Part shown: one piece after another, positions 1 to 12,012 of the stretch
How positions within the stretch are numbered: position 1 is the stretch's first letter
How the letters are laid out: every line of letters starts with the position of its first letter
Origin: Hydrurus foetidus
Lineage: Eukaryota
Direction: 5' to 3'
Length of the DNA: 64,000 bases
Assembly: GCA_900617105.1 (NCBI GenBank)
Contig: UYFQ01000046.1
Span: 1-64,000 of the forward strand
Program-made: the position numbers and the translations under genes
The notes under the pieces: model-generated
The model's input: the letters and a program-made list of their open reading frames with translations, nothing else
Database searches by the model: none
Told to the model about the DNA's origin: nothing

Positions 1-1131
1 GGTTTCTTCGTAGGATGCCTTTGATGTTTTTGATGAGGCCATGATTGACAGGACGCTGAATCTTGCATCATGCTCCAGCTTTTCTTGTATATGATAAAGC
101 TTTTGATCATCAGTGACAGGCACGCCACTTGCGACTTTGTGGACTCTGAAGGCCTCGCTGATGGTTGCCACATTCTCCTGTATGGTTTGTGTGGACTTGA
201 GACTCAGGGAGTGGAGCTGATCCGTTGCTTTCCTGATGTCGATGTTCTTTGTGCCGTTGATGTGATCGTAGATAGTCTTGAACCATAAGACCGCGTCGTT
301 GTCGGCAATTACACACTTGATCAAATAATGAAGGTCTTTCCCAGTAACCATATTGAGAATGACTAACAATCGATCCAGATCGTGTAATCTTTTGTAGATG
401 TCATCAGCTGGGATGACATCATACAATCCTTCTTCTGATAATACCAGTGACCTAGGTGAGTATCCTCCAGGGTTCCGAGCAGTAATGACTGGTAACTCAC
501 GATCGCCTTTGGCTAATGTAAGAAGTTTACATTCACCTAGAGTGACCATGAATGTTTCCATATTGTCGCGGTTGTCCTTCCCAGAGTTGGAAAACTTGGG
601 CATCGAAAAGAAGAATTTCGATTGCGCAGAGGTGGTATCCAGATATTCTGATATGGGCACCGATAAGATAGAAGAAGCCTTGGGCGTTGAAGCACTTGGA
701 ATAGAAGTAGATCCAACTGTTGATTTCGGTTGGGAGACCAACGGTGGAGGCTGTTGGATCTTAGCAGACATGATGTCGATGAGCCTTGCCATATCGGCGA
801 AGGAAAATCTTGTCTCTGCATCCTGAGCCTCCAAATTGTCCGAAAATAAAGTTGTCGCTGTGGCTCCGAGATTCCGCGCCTGAGGTGCTAGAGGTGGTGT
901 CGGAACAGCCTCCTGATTTTGAAGGGCTAATTCCACCTCGTCTAGAAAATCACTATTTGGATTTTCTAAAGGAGGAATTGCTCCTGTCCTAGATCTTGTA
1001 ACTCGACCAGTGAAGATGGGTTGAGCTGCTTCGATCAGAGTTCTGAACGGATGTTGAAGAAGGTCGGCAAGAGCCGGCGGCGAGTCTGTGTTGGACAGCT
1101 CGAACTCGTCTTCAGATCCATTATCACTCAT
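1..1131 (-). CDS. gag: Copia gag N-terminal part (open to the window edge)
   Basis: ATG at 1131 (MSDNGSEDE...). Homologous to 37040 onward but lacks the two 1-bp deletions seen there. Confidence 0.8.
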   Translation of the reverse strand, partial: MSDNGSEDEFELSNTDSPPALADLLQHPFRTLIEAAQPIFTGRVTRSRTGAIPPLENPNSDFLDEVELALQNQEAVPTPPLAPQARNLGATATTLFSDNLEAQDAETRFSFADMARLIDIMSAKIQQPPPLVSQPKSTVGSTSIPSASTPKASSILSVPISEYLDTTSAQSKFFFSMPKFSNSGKDNRDNMETFMVTLGECKLLTLAKGDRELPVITARNPGGYSPRSLVLSEEGLYDVIPADDIYKRLHDLDRLLVILNMVTGKDLHYLIKCVIADNDAVLWFKTIYDHINGTKNIDIRKATDQLHSLSLKSTQTIQENVATISEAFRVHKVASGVPVTDDQKLYHIQEKLEHDARFSVLSIMASSKTSKASYEET

Positions 1132-1209
1132 GATTGCAGGGTTCTGAAAGTTGAGGAAGGAAATTCAGAATCCTGGAATCCACGGCAATCGTTTAATCAC
1201 TATAAACAA

Positions 1210-1218
1210 TCGCTACCA
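1210..1218 (-). promoter_or_regulatory. Primer-binding site TGGTAGCGA (tRNA 3'-CCA complement, initiator-Met-like)
   Basis: Immediately follows the LTR-terminal CA. Same sequence at 36953-36961. Resembles the yeast Ty1 PBS TGGTAGCGCC. Confidence 0.7.
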
Positions 1219-2068
1219 TGTAAGACTAAATACAAGATGTCACCTTCTAGCGTTCGCAGCGAAGGTGGAGAAGCAGCTGCAGGCTACTGTCTCAATTCAG
1301 TGAGCTATCGAGTAGACGAAGCTGTGAAGTACAACGTATTAAATTCTGATTAGAGTTTACAGATAGCCACGCAAAAGAGCTATCAGAACAGTTCATGGCA
1401 GTGAAACTACCTTGAGACAAAGTTCACAGCGAGATGTGTTGTTCATAGCATGTGCTTGAGGAACGTTGCATGAATGCTTATAGTAACGAAGTGTTTTGGC
1501 GATACTGAAGAATCATGAAAGGCGAACGTTCATTTGCGTGAGGTCAGAGGGTTCGTACTAACTGATACATGGCGATAGTACCGTAGTAGTGCGTGTATAT
1601 GCATATTATGTGCTAGGTGATACATGCGTAAGTGCACAGTGCCACGTATGTACGCCTATACATCTATGTACTACGCTATTGGCGATCGTACATACGTACA
1701 TATTAGATATGTACATACATGTGTAAGTACGTGTGAGTACGTATGCATATAATAATTTGTACTAACATGTGCACGTACGTATGTACGTGTGTACGTGACC
1801 ATACAAGTGTACGCTATGCTACATGCGTGCGTGCGTACATACGTACGTACATATTGACTATGTACGTACATGTATAAGTACATGTGTGTACGTATGCATA
1901 AATGAGTAAGCACTAACATGTGTAAGTACGTGTGTACGTGTGCATGTTATCATATCTGCATGTGTACTTACGTACGTACGTGCCGCATAACGTACATGTA
2001 TATATTTGAAACTATATTTGCAACTATATCACTACAGACATATCTTGATAGAATCAAGTGGTCTGACA
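1219..2068 (-). repeat. 5' LTR of copia copy 1 (850 bp) with an internal TACG/TACA-rich tract
   Basis: Starts TGTCAGACC on the minus strand, as the LTR at 43742 does. Ends ...TAGTCTTACA, as at 36952. Confidence 0.9.
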
Positions 2069-2965
2069 CGTATTCTTCGGAATCGAGGAGGTTTCTTTTG
2101 ACATCTTTGGAATCTTTGTAAATAAAGAAGGAATATTCTTGTAGAAATGTTTTGCTGAATGAAACTTCACTGAGCTTTGAAGATCTTACCCGAACAGATT
2201 CAGCTCTTGTTTGGCCAGATTTGCAATCTGCGACCGCTGTCTGGCTTGAAGAGTCTCTTTCTGATCGGATACTATATCTCTTCGTTACTGTGTAAACGAG
2301 AAAAGTACTTTTATGCTGTCCAAGTAGCTTGGGAGAGCTGTAACGAGGGGCAGGTTTCTTGGATCAACCGCAGTGGCTATTGTTCAGTCCGCGAGAATCG
2401 CAGACTAGGATGAGCGGCTAACGGCCACAGATCGTCAGCAACAGAAATGTCGCTGGACAGGTTATGGGCTACAGGTAGCCGGTTTGGGTTTGGTGTTTTG
2501 CTTAAGATTAAAGAGAAGTGAAAGGTGCATCGAATTAGCTAGCTACGAGAGTTGCGAGTTGAAGTATTCGAGAAACCAAAAACTGGTACGAAAAACTTGT
2601 GGCTGTGAGCAACGTGTGCTATGTACGTGCGCACGTGTAAACATGATATATGGTGGAAACTATGAAATAGTGAAACTATAACAAGAGATATCGTAAGTCA
2701 CTAGCTGTCCCATTATAAGAAATGGTGCCTTTCGCACCGGACACTCCAACCATACATTCACAGCAAGATGTAGCTATTCTTCCTTGGAGATCACAAAGTT
2801 GGAGCTTCATAGAAAAGCTGAAGTTCAATGTTTTAGTTGATTTATATCAGAAATGGTATAAAAGTGATCAAAAGCTGGAGTAATTGGTTCAGAGCTTTCA
2901 GTCCATTAGAATTTTCGGATTTTAGTTGCGCACTCAACTTTTTGAATGTCGTTAATCAATCTAGA

Positions 2966-3156
2966 TCCAGCCTGTCCCAAAACCTAATGGAATCTCAAAA
3001 CTAGTGGAACAGACTCAGAACTACTGTTTCACCTCTAGAGCGGGGATGCATTTCTCTGAAAAGAAATATTTTTCACTGCCATTCTAGAGGTGAAACTGTA
3101 CTTGTGAGTCTGTTCTACCAATTTTGGGATTCCACTAGGTTTTGGGACAGGGTGGA
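2966..3156. mobile_element. MITE-like foldback element with imperfect inverted arms of about 70 bp
   Basis: CCTGTCCCAAAACCTAATGGAATCTCAAAA... (2971) pairs with ...TTTTGGGATTCCACTAGGTTTTGGGACAGG (ends 3151). Non-coding. Confidence 0.6.
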
Positions 3157-3663
3157 GATTGTACAATGTGCCAATGGGGGTCTGCAGCATTGACTGAGTG
3201 TTGTGCGTACGTGCTGAATCAAAAACCGTGTAATATCTGCTATGAGGAGTTTCAGTGCCGTTTCTATAGAGGGTCTCCACCAGTCAATCTTCAGCCACAA
3301 AATTTCTTAGATGCCAATGGGGAGAAATATGGATTTGTCAAGGCTGTGCTGAGGCTTGACTGTAGAAGTGATTATCTGCTAGATTCGCGACGCGAGTGAA
3401 ATTCGACTACAATCTTCGGTTTCAATCTCATATATCTGTGGGTAATCGCAGCTCATTCTCGTAACATCTTGTCTTACCGGAGTTAGTTATCTACCTTGTG
3501 GTTGCAGATATTGATAGAGGAAGAGAAACGTCGACAGTATCACAGTGTCATAGAGTTTCGATTTTGCATTCACAGCAGTATTTTTCGCTCGAGCAGCGCG
3601 GTCTTCTATCGGGCAATCGAGACGACTTGTGGTCTTGATAACTCAAAAGCGATTTCGTTGATC

Positions 3664-5951
3664 ATGTCGGCCTGGAAACTTGTAGAGGCAGTAGAAGAGG
3701 TGCGACAGAACGATCCAATCGTTTCAAATTTCGGAGATAGAAGAGGAGGTAGAGGAGGAAGAGGTACGAAATCATTTGGCTTAACGAGCTCAAAGCGAAA
3801 TAGTTGCAATTCCTTGTTGGAGTCATTCTCGCTCCTTCTACCAACCACCAAATCGTCTCCAGTCTGAAGCTATCATTTGCTCCATTAAGTGGCTAATAGA
3901 TAATTTGGATATTGTGATTCTAAGTGTTCTTTGGAAATTGCGCAATCAAATGATGTATATATGTATTAAGATTACTTCAGCGTCACGAGATCCCAGTGAG
4001 CCAAAATGCATTGTCTCCTTTATTTGAACAAATGCATCAAACGCTATTGACATTACTGCTCACAGCTCACAAAGGATTTTCTCTTGGAAGATTGAATGCC
4101 TTTAAATGTGTTGAATATTTCCGAATCATCTTCACAATCTAATCAGGTGGTAGAGGTCCTGGAGGTGGGAGGCGATCATCTTTCGGAGCGCGAAATGGTC
4201 CCAGCCGCGGTGGGGGATATCACGACAGGGGAAACCGATCAGACGACATGTTATATGAGGTTGATCCTCAAATGAAGGAATACTACGCCCACATGGCTGT
4301 CCAGCAAATGTAAGAGTCTCAACTGGTCAACTACTCTGACAGATGCCTGTGTCTTTACTGATTATCTGATGAGTAGCTGTCTGAGAACTCTCTAATCATA
4401 TTGTCATAGTATGCCAGCGATGTAGCCGCTTTTCCCATAGAAAGCGAGATTCGTGAAATGACATCGAGGAAGAATTTTCTGTCGATGCATTGCTACGAGC
4501 AGAATGCTGATTGCCCGTAATGCCACACCACACAGAGCAGCATTCTCTTCTCACACAATGACTTCACGGGCTGTGACGATATTCTTTCATGACTACTTCT
4601 GATTCCACATGAGCGACCATTCATGCACCACAATCTGAGCCCATTGCAAATACCATCCCTTCCTTCTTCTCTAGTCAACGTAATTCATGTCACGAAGACA
4701 TCGTAAAAACACTTTTTTTGGCGATGTACTGCCTCATCAAAAATTTCATTTCTTTCTTACACTCTCTTTAGTCAACGAGCATAGTTTCATTGTTGTACTG
4801 CCTAACTTCCTCCTTTCTCGTGACGTCTTACTATCATGCGGTGGAAGTCACATAATTACCAATTTATGAGCGTGTACATTCAATTATATCTTAACGACAC
4901 AACGCTTCTCTTAAACCATTTGAATCAAACCGCAGAGAACTATTATACGGTACCGACTATCTTTGTGTGGACACGTACTTCCGTTCGTATATGGACGTTG
5001 AAGGGTACGTTCCGATGGCTTTGCTTTGCAGCTACCCGAACATCGCGTGTTACGCCACACCCATAGAGGAATTGGTTCAAAAGCTAGCTGTCAAGGAAGA
5101 CAGCCTACTAGAGGTGGATTCTGTCAACGAAACCGTTCGGCTGAAAGAAGGCTGGGAGAAGGTAACCTGAGTAGATTGAGGAATGTTCTGTAAGACCGCG
5201 ATCCATGATCGCCTAACTTCACCACACCACACGATGTTTATCACACCATAATTAATTTTGTCGTAAGGTGGAGTAAAGCGTGTCGACGCATGCTCTTTCA
5301 TTTCTACACGTCACTCTTACAATCTGATCTGATTAGCAGCTTAATCCAACAAGCTTTTCCAAACATGTGCGAAAGAAAGACTCACTAGACCTCTCTCATG
5401 TGTACTCGTTATAGCAGAGATTGCATCGGTCTAACTTTTATCATGTTGACCTTCAACTTCAATGCAAGAAAATCATGCCGTCCCATGTGCTCACACCCTC
5501 ATATTCTTACTCTGTTATCATTTCGCACCCATGCTACAGATACAGAATACACAACACGTCAAAATCGGCGCTTTGCTACACATCACATTTCCCGCGCTGA
5601 CTTTGTCACATTTCTTTTCTCACCTCCCTTTTCTCTCCGCATCGCATGCAGTGGCTAATGCCTAATTCTTCAGGCAGCAAAGGTGTGCCAAAGTACGTAA
5701 AACAATTAGACGGTTCTCCAGAAGCTGTTAATGGGACATACTTCAATGGGGATTGGTGCGAAAGCGTAGATGACAAAGATGGGACTTTGTCTGATGAAAA
5801 CGCACAGAATGAAAACCGTTCGGGTACACTTGTTCTGAGTGCGTCAGCAGCCGAATTTAAACCTAAAATTGAAACGGCAGGGGGTGTTTCAGGAACGAAT
5901 GGAAAAGTGTCATATGCAGCGGCCGCGTCGAAAATTGCCAACACTGCATGA
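3664..5951 (+). CDS. La-related RNA-binding protein (RGG-rich N-terminus, La motif, C-terminal PAM2-like motif); 4 exons, 262 aa
   Basis: Exons 3664-3763, 4147-4309, 4936-5161 and 5652-5951 join in frame through GT-AG introns (789 nt). Product contains QQIELLYGTDYLCVDTYFRSYMDVEGYVPM (La-motif-like) and LSASAAEFKP (PAM2-like). Confidence 0.8.
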
Positions 5952-6964
5952 TCTCGTGACTACAGCAGTGGTATGCAATACGACATGACATTGACTGAGC
6001 AGTGCGGTTACGACCAAACGAAAAAAATTGATAGGGCTGATCTAAAATAATCTGATCCCATGGAACGTTTCGCAACCCTTAACCTCCACAGCCCATCGTG
6101 CCTGCTAGATCAAGTCATATTAAGCCAGTTGCGCGGGTTCTTCTCCATTTTTGAAAGAAAGGACTAAACATATCATTAAGTAAGACCGGCCCGACGACTT
6201 GCAGTGTGTGTTCTCTTCAAGGCTTTTCTCAATCATCTATAACGGATTCTATCTAGAACAAAAATCCTCTACCATTCACTCCCAAATTCATACTGATGAC
6301 TTACTTTTCCGTCTGCTCCCCACATAGTAGCGCCGTACATCCGTCTGTCTGTCCCCCACCCCTCACTCACACTATTATTTATTACATTGCACTTATTCTA
6401 ATTGTGCGAATATGACCAGCTGCGGTGAATTTGACATCACTCTCCATTTTGACGAAGACAACACATTTCACATAACGCAGCAGAGGAGCACATTACTGGA
6501 GACAAAAATCTGAACACTCTGTAAACTTAATGTACCTTTCCCCTCTGTAATCAATTTCCCCCTCTCGCACGCTGAAGAAAACTAGTTTTCGTTCTCATCT
6601 TATGGATGAGCTCAGATTAGTGTTGGTAATCCGCGTAGGCTGCAAATTTGTTAACATGACGGAATGACGTCCTATCTGTCGCGGGATCTTGCGAATAAAC
6701 CGAGAGCTGGATTACCAAAAATACTGAAAAGGAGAGGAAATAAATCGAGGAGTGCTTACTTCACAGAATGCCCAGAAGAGGGACATAAAGCACATAATAT
6801 TACGAGAAATGAAAACATTTTCTCCGCAATCTACATGATTACAATTCTACAGATCATTTAAAATTTCGACAACTAAAGTTGTCTAAACATGTATCATCGT
6901 TATCTGTGCGGGATAGTAGGTATTACCAACGCGTCAAACATATATGTGTCGGAATTGGATACCG

Positions 6965-7324
6965 TCATTTCGATAACCAGAAGACGTACACCATAAACGC
7001 CCCATTGCCGAGAAATGCGAAAATAGTAAGGGCAACCATAATGGTATTCACAAATCCGCCAGTTGCTGTCCTCAACAAGTTGTCCTCCTCTATATATGCC
7101 GCAGCATCTCTTACTTCAACATTGCGAGAATCTTCACGAGCAGGATAATCACGGACCTTCTTAATCTCCTCACTGCCTCTCAAAAATGGATTTGGTTCAT
7201 TGACAATATGTAATTCCTTGGAAGATGCAACATCGTAATGTTCTGGGGTTAAAATGTCTTCATTGACAATCGCATTAGACACGGACACAGCTAATACAGC
7301 GAAGCAGAAAGCCTTCAGCAACAT
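6965..7324 (-). CDS. Small protein with signal peptide and C-terminal transmembrane helix (119 aa), function unknown
   Basis: MLLKAFCFAVLAVSVSNA signal-like start and hydrophobic C-terminus TIMVALTIFAFLGNGAFMVYVFW. Confidence 0.7.
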   Translation of the reverse strand: MLLKAFCFAVLAVSVSNAIVNEDILTPEHYDVASSKELHIVNEPNPFLRGSEEIKKVRDYPAREDSRNVEVRDAAAYIEEDNLLRTATGGFVNTIMVALTIFAFLGNGAFMVYVFWLSK

Positions 7325-7609
7325 GTGTCTGCTGTTGATAAGGAACCAGCTCTCAACAGTTTCCTCTTATATATGGTATAGACTCTGTGATCTGTCGGCG
7401 TGAAGCACGAATTTAAATCGGATGCCTCTTTCGAGACTAGTAGCAATCTGCGAGATCACGCCATGCGTTTTGCCCGCATTATTTTTTCTGTATCGAACAA
7501 TTAACTATATCATCTATGGAAGGACACTCGCGACTCCGTCGACTCTCGACAGGAGTATTGACAACAACTTCCAACTTCAAATGAAAAAAGAAAAACTATT
7601 TGATTATTT

Positions 7610-8574
7610 CTACTTCCTCCGGCTCGAATTAAAAGGGGCAGGTAAACCGGGTGGTCCTTTTTTTTACCGGACAAGGTAGACCATGCATGATGTATTTTAT
7701 CCACCTGGAGCCCGATAAAGACTCTTATACGGGTATCGGCCCCCCCTAACATTTTGAGTTTTTCGTACCGCTGGTACGAAAAGGTAGACTGACACTCACA
7801 GCGGTACGAAAAGGTAGACCGAAGGTCACAGCGGTATGAAAAAAAAAATTATTGACCGCTGTGAGTGTCAGTCTACCTTTTCGTACCGCTCTGAGCATCG
7901 GTCTCACGGTGGATAAAGTAACGTTCGTACGCTCGACCATGAAACCTCGGCTCTTTTCGAACCTCGGGCTGCGCCCTCGGTACGAAAAACGCCTCTGTTT
8001 TATGGTCTCGGTACGAAATTACTAGTTGAGGTCAAAACAAAACGCCAAATCCGTGATTCTCTCAAAAGAAATTTTCTCTCTCAAAAGATTTTTCGTCCCC
8101 CAAAGATAATTTTTTGCTGTGTGGGGTGTTTTTTTGAGTGGGGAATGTTCCCAGACAGCCAAAAAGGTACCTTTGGGGACGAAAATCTTTTGAGAGAGAA
8201 AATTTCTTTTGAGAGAATTTCACAGATTTTGCGTTTTGTTTTGACCTCAACAATACCTTATCAAATTACAAGCACATTACTAACTTTCAGCGAAAGCTTC
8301 TGACTGGAACTCCAGAAGTTACCACCAAAGCCAACTTTAAATTTGAATAATTGGATTCAGTTTTGGCAATAGCGATTTAACTGCATCATGAACATCCCAA
8401 TGTTCGCAAGAAGTCATCTCCTAATCTCAAATCAAAACAGAAATTGTCCATGATTTGCTGGGCTATGCAGTACTATGACCATGCTGGGCTATGCAGTACT
8501 ATGGGATATGAAATCTATCGCAGAACCGGCCTAACGGCCTAACGGCCCCTATTAATTCGAGCCGGAGGAAGTAG
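7610..8574. mobile_element. Composite of non-autonomous foldback/MITE-like sequences
   Basis: A 30-bp inverted repeat with 1 mismatch (7610-7639 / 8545-8574) encloses a perfect 33-bp inverted repeat (7773-7805 / 7855-7887) and a further MITE. Confidence 0.55.
8025..8251. mobile_element. MITE with inverted arms of about 80 bp
   Basis: GTTGAGGTCAAAACAAAACGC...TCGTCCCC pairs with GGGGACGA...GCGTTTTGTTTTGACCTCAAC. Confidence 0.7.
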
Positions 8575-9565
8575 TAATTACTTTATCTTTCAAATTAGGC
8601 TTAAAAAAAAAGGTTCAGTGGGGGGGGGGGTTCTAGACCAAATCTGAAATTGAAGTTTACTTTCTGCTTCGTCTTCTCTGGAAGTACTCCGCTGTTAGGG
8701 TGCCTTTGTCATTTTTCTTTTTGCGTGTTTCTTTTTAATCCTGTTGTGTATAGCTTTCCGTTTTTATTTCTTAACCGCGGACATCGGTTTTGGAATCAAA
8801 CAAGGAATCTGCTTCTAAAAAATAGGAAAAAATTGCATCGAAGTCCAGCCCAAGGAGGTCAGTTCCCGCTCTGGCTAGTCGCAGTTTCATTTTTCACGTT
8901 ATATACTACCGTAGTGAATGAGAGCAACTTCCGTCGCAATGTTTGTCCTTCAGGCATTTGCAAAAAATACAGAATACTGAACATTCAAATAGCTCTTTAA
9001 CATAAAAATCTTTATTGTCTTGGCGCGGTGTTGGAACAATTTGATATGGGATCTCTCCAGTCCAGCAAATTTAAAAGAAGATCAATATTTTTTTTGAAGG
9101 ATTGCAGTTTGATTTTATGTGCGTGCCCCTGTTGGTTTACCGGAAAAAGATGTTCTCTAAATTTGATAGATTGAAGAGAGTTACACAAGATTTGTAGCAA
9201 CTAATCGTCTCAGAAGTTGCATGTTTCAATCCTTTGTTATTATGCACATTGACCGTTTTCTCGGTTGTCGAGATCTGTTCATAGAGTGGACGCTCCATTC
9301 GGACCATTACTTGGGGTCAGGGTTGACTAACGATTTGATGAGTTGGTCCCTAGTTTGTTGTCTTCAGATGCCTCATCATTTACTAATTTCTGAGAATTAT
9401 ACTATTGCTCAGATAATAGAGGATTTAAATATTACAAGTAACAAGTAAAAAGGAGAGAAGCACTTCTCCCCTAAATGCGTGTAAGTAGTTCGCAAGTCGA
9501 AACTCACATGCGGTCTGACATTTCCATTTAGAACAAGAATACAATATAGGGGAGCAAGTGCATTA

Positions 9566-10200
9566 CTATCCCACAACATTAAGGGTTATAGCGCCGTATT
9601 CTTGTAAGTTTAAGCCGGCAACGACGACAGCACCGATAACCCTACGGCCGCACAAAAGTGACAGGTGATTAGATGTCTATCCGTGTTGCTTCATGCGGCG
9701 TGATATTTGGGAGAGATTTGTCACAAGCTAAAATTTATTAATTTTCTGTAAGTGGTAACAGATATAATAAGATCTTACGTTAGGAATGAGAGTCCTTCGG
9801 CAGCACCTAGGAGACCCAAAGGACCTGCGTCAAGTCCGCTTCCTGTCGATATCTTCTTGACCAGAGACCAGCCGAACACCCCTGCAACAACTAGATAGGA
9901 TACTCCTTCCGCCGCACCTTCAAGTCCGAAGAAACCGGCAGGCAATCCTGAACCAGTTGTCTTCAGAACATACAAGCTGTAGTCACACACAATGTTACTG
10001 ATAATTCCAGCTGAACCGATTTTGCCCAATGGAGTTGAGAAAGGGCATTCTCCAGTACCATCTGATTTCGCTCTGAGCTGAGCAAACGATGAGGACCTTC
10101 CATTGACGAGAGCTGTTCGTCGAATTGAATGATTTAATGCTGAGGAGGGTGAGCAGTTCAGCGCAAGTATCGCAAAAAACAAGCGAAAAATATTCCACAT
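9566..10200 (-). CDS. Conserved plant/algal plastid membrane protein with a duplicated TGxGLPxGPxGxxGAxEGxS[YF]L motif; 2 exons
   Basis: Exon 10200-9779 (signal-like MWNIFRLFFAILALN plus Ser/Arg-rich leader), GT-AG intron, exon 9641-9566. Motifs YSLYVLKTTGSGLPAGFFGLEGAAEGVSYL and TGSGLDAGPLGLLGAAEGLSFL are recognised from plant chloroplast proteins of unknown function. Confidence 0.7.
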
Positions 10201-10789
10201 TTCGAAAGAAGACCGCAAGGGACGAATAAGTTACTGGCCAGGTCTAATAATACCAAAGCATGTAGTAGGTGTGGAATCTGCAACTTTTGTCTCCTCATTC
10301 ACATGCGCTCCAATGATCTGCCAGATCTTTTTTTCACGTGTTCTTGTTGACATTCAATAATCAATCTGCTGGAGGATCCAGGATTTATGGTACTGCATTA
10401 ATTGACACCTTCTTGAGACATAATACCTGCGATCATTTGCGGCCCGGCTTGAAAGGAGATCGTGAAGCAAAGAGGATCGGAAAGGTCCCTCAGCAGAGCC
10501 CGCAGCTGAAGCGATTTGTTGCTGCCGGCGACAAAACAGAAAATTAGAGAGTCCGCCATGGAAAATTTGTGTACTTCTATGAACTGTCATGTCGACTTCC
10601 TCTACGTAACAAAGTACGTGGAATCGGAACGTCGTAGCGTTACAATTCGACATGTCCTTCCAGCGATATTGTGAATGCCAGACGAGGTAGATCATCGCAA
10701 ACTTTCATGGAAACTTCGACGAGCACAGATTCTGGTTGGCATTTCCCGGTTCTGCTGCTTTCTAATCCTGAGACGCTTCGTAACAGCGA

Positions 10790-11695
10790 CAATGAAGTTC
10801 TCGAGATGCTGCATCGTTGCAAGGAAGTAAACGGTGATATCCTAGCGTCGCACGCATATCGAATTCCTGAGGGCTGCAGTGATTGCGCGGAGTAAATGCT
10901 TGGCATCCAGCTCAGGATCCTCATGATTTTGATCAGAAGAAACATTTGCAACACGACTGTACGGGATGAGTTGCTATCCATGGGCTTCATCTGCAGCCCT
11001 CAAATGACGGGGAAAGGCTACGGCTACGAAATGGTGGAAGAAACTCTGCAACGCTGCAAGTAACTCTACGGTGACTTGCTGATACCTGCTTCATTCTGTG
11101 TCCCAGACTCCAGTGTTGCCTGGCCTCAGCGGTTGTGGGTATGAAGCTGGGATACACAGTGACATCAATACGGCGAGGAAAGAGTTACGCATTAATGAAA
11201 GAGGAGCTGATAAGTGTGGGATTTGATTACAGTCCCCAGCGTGCTATCGTATACGGTTATGATCTGGTTAGGCTCGCTCTGCTGCAGTACAAAGAATGGT
11301 ATGGAGATATGTTGGTTCCCGCCCAATTCCGTATTCCTTACGAGGATAGTAAAGGGCCAGCGGAAACGTTCGGGATGAAGCTCGGATATGTCACGCGGAG
11401 TGTGCGAAGCGGAAAGTGTTACACCGACATGCGTGGTGACCTTTCTCTCATATGATTCGACTTCACACCTCAATTTCGCGGGCCGCATGGATACGAAGCT
11501 GCCAAAGTTGCACTTTTGAATTACAAAGAATTATACGGAGATATGCTCGTCAAGACGAAATTCATTATACCGGATGAGGATGATGAATGGCTGTGTGACT
11601 TGTGGGGCATGAAACTGGGTCCGCTCGTGTCAAGTATCAGAAGGGATAAGAGCTACGTGTACATGAAAGATGATCTGTGAAGCATAGGATTCGTT
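10790..11695 (+). pseudogene. Decayed gene with four tandem helicase-associated (HA)-like repeats of about 75 aa
   Basis: Repeated L..YKE.YGDMLVP..F.IP....W....GMKLG......IR.G..Y..M...L...GF, broken by in-frame TAA/TGA codons and a frameshift near 11130. Confidence 0.65.
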
Positions 11696-12012
11696 TCACA
11701 CGAGAATCTGATATTTCACACGAGAAAGCTGCCAAATTGTTAGCTTATCTTCCGGTCTCCCAACTCAAACGTGATTTATTGAGAATATACTGTCTCATTA
11801 CACCGGGTTGGACAAATTTGTTTGATGATCCGAATGATGTCTTCATAAGTTTTCAGTTTCTGGCGCGTGCGATCAAACCGAGAGATAGGAGAAGATGGTT
11901 TTGCTTCAAATCAATCAATCCTCTTGAAGTACAACGTGTGCAAGAGCACGATCAGCAAGCAGGCATTCTCACACCTACGTCAGCGACAGATCACAATTGC
12001 AAACTCTGTCGT

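Larger units (their letters stand above)
1..2068 (-). mobile_element. Ty1/copia LTR retrotransposon copy 1, 5' part only (runs off the left edge)
   Basis: Reverse complement closely matches copia copy 2 (LTR, PBS and gag at 36172-38170; LTR start at 43742). Order on the minus strand is LTR (TG...CA), PBS, gag. Confidence 0.93.

Noticed and set aside
1671..2121. Tyr/Val/Thr/His/Cys-rich ORFs here and at 36183-36504 and 43852-44399
   Set aside because: They are translations of the low-complexity LTR tract, not proteins.
2100..2500. Possible decayed coding sequence here and at 8650-9450 and 14700-16050
   Set aside because: Only short broken frames with no recognisable motif; no product can be supported.
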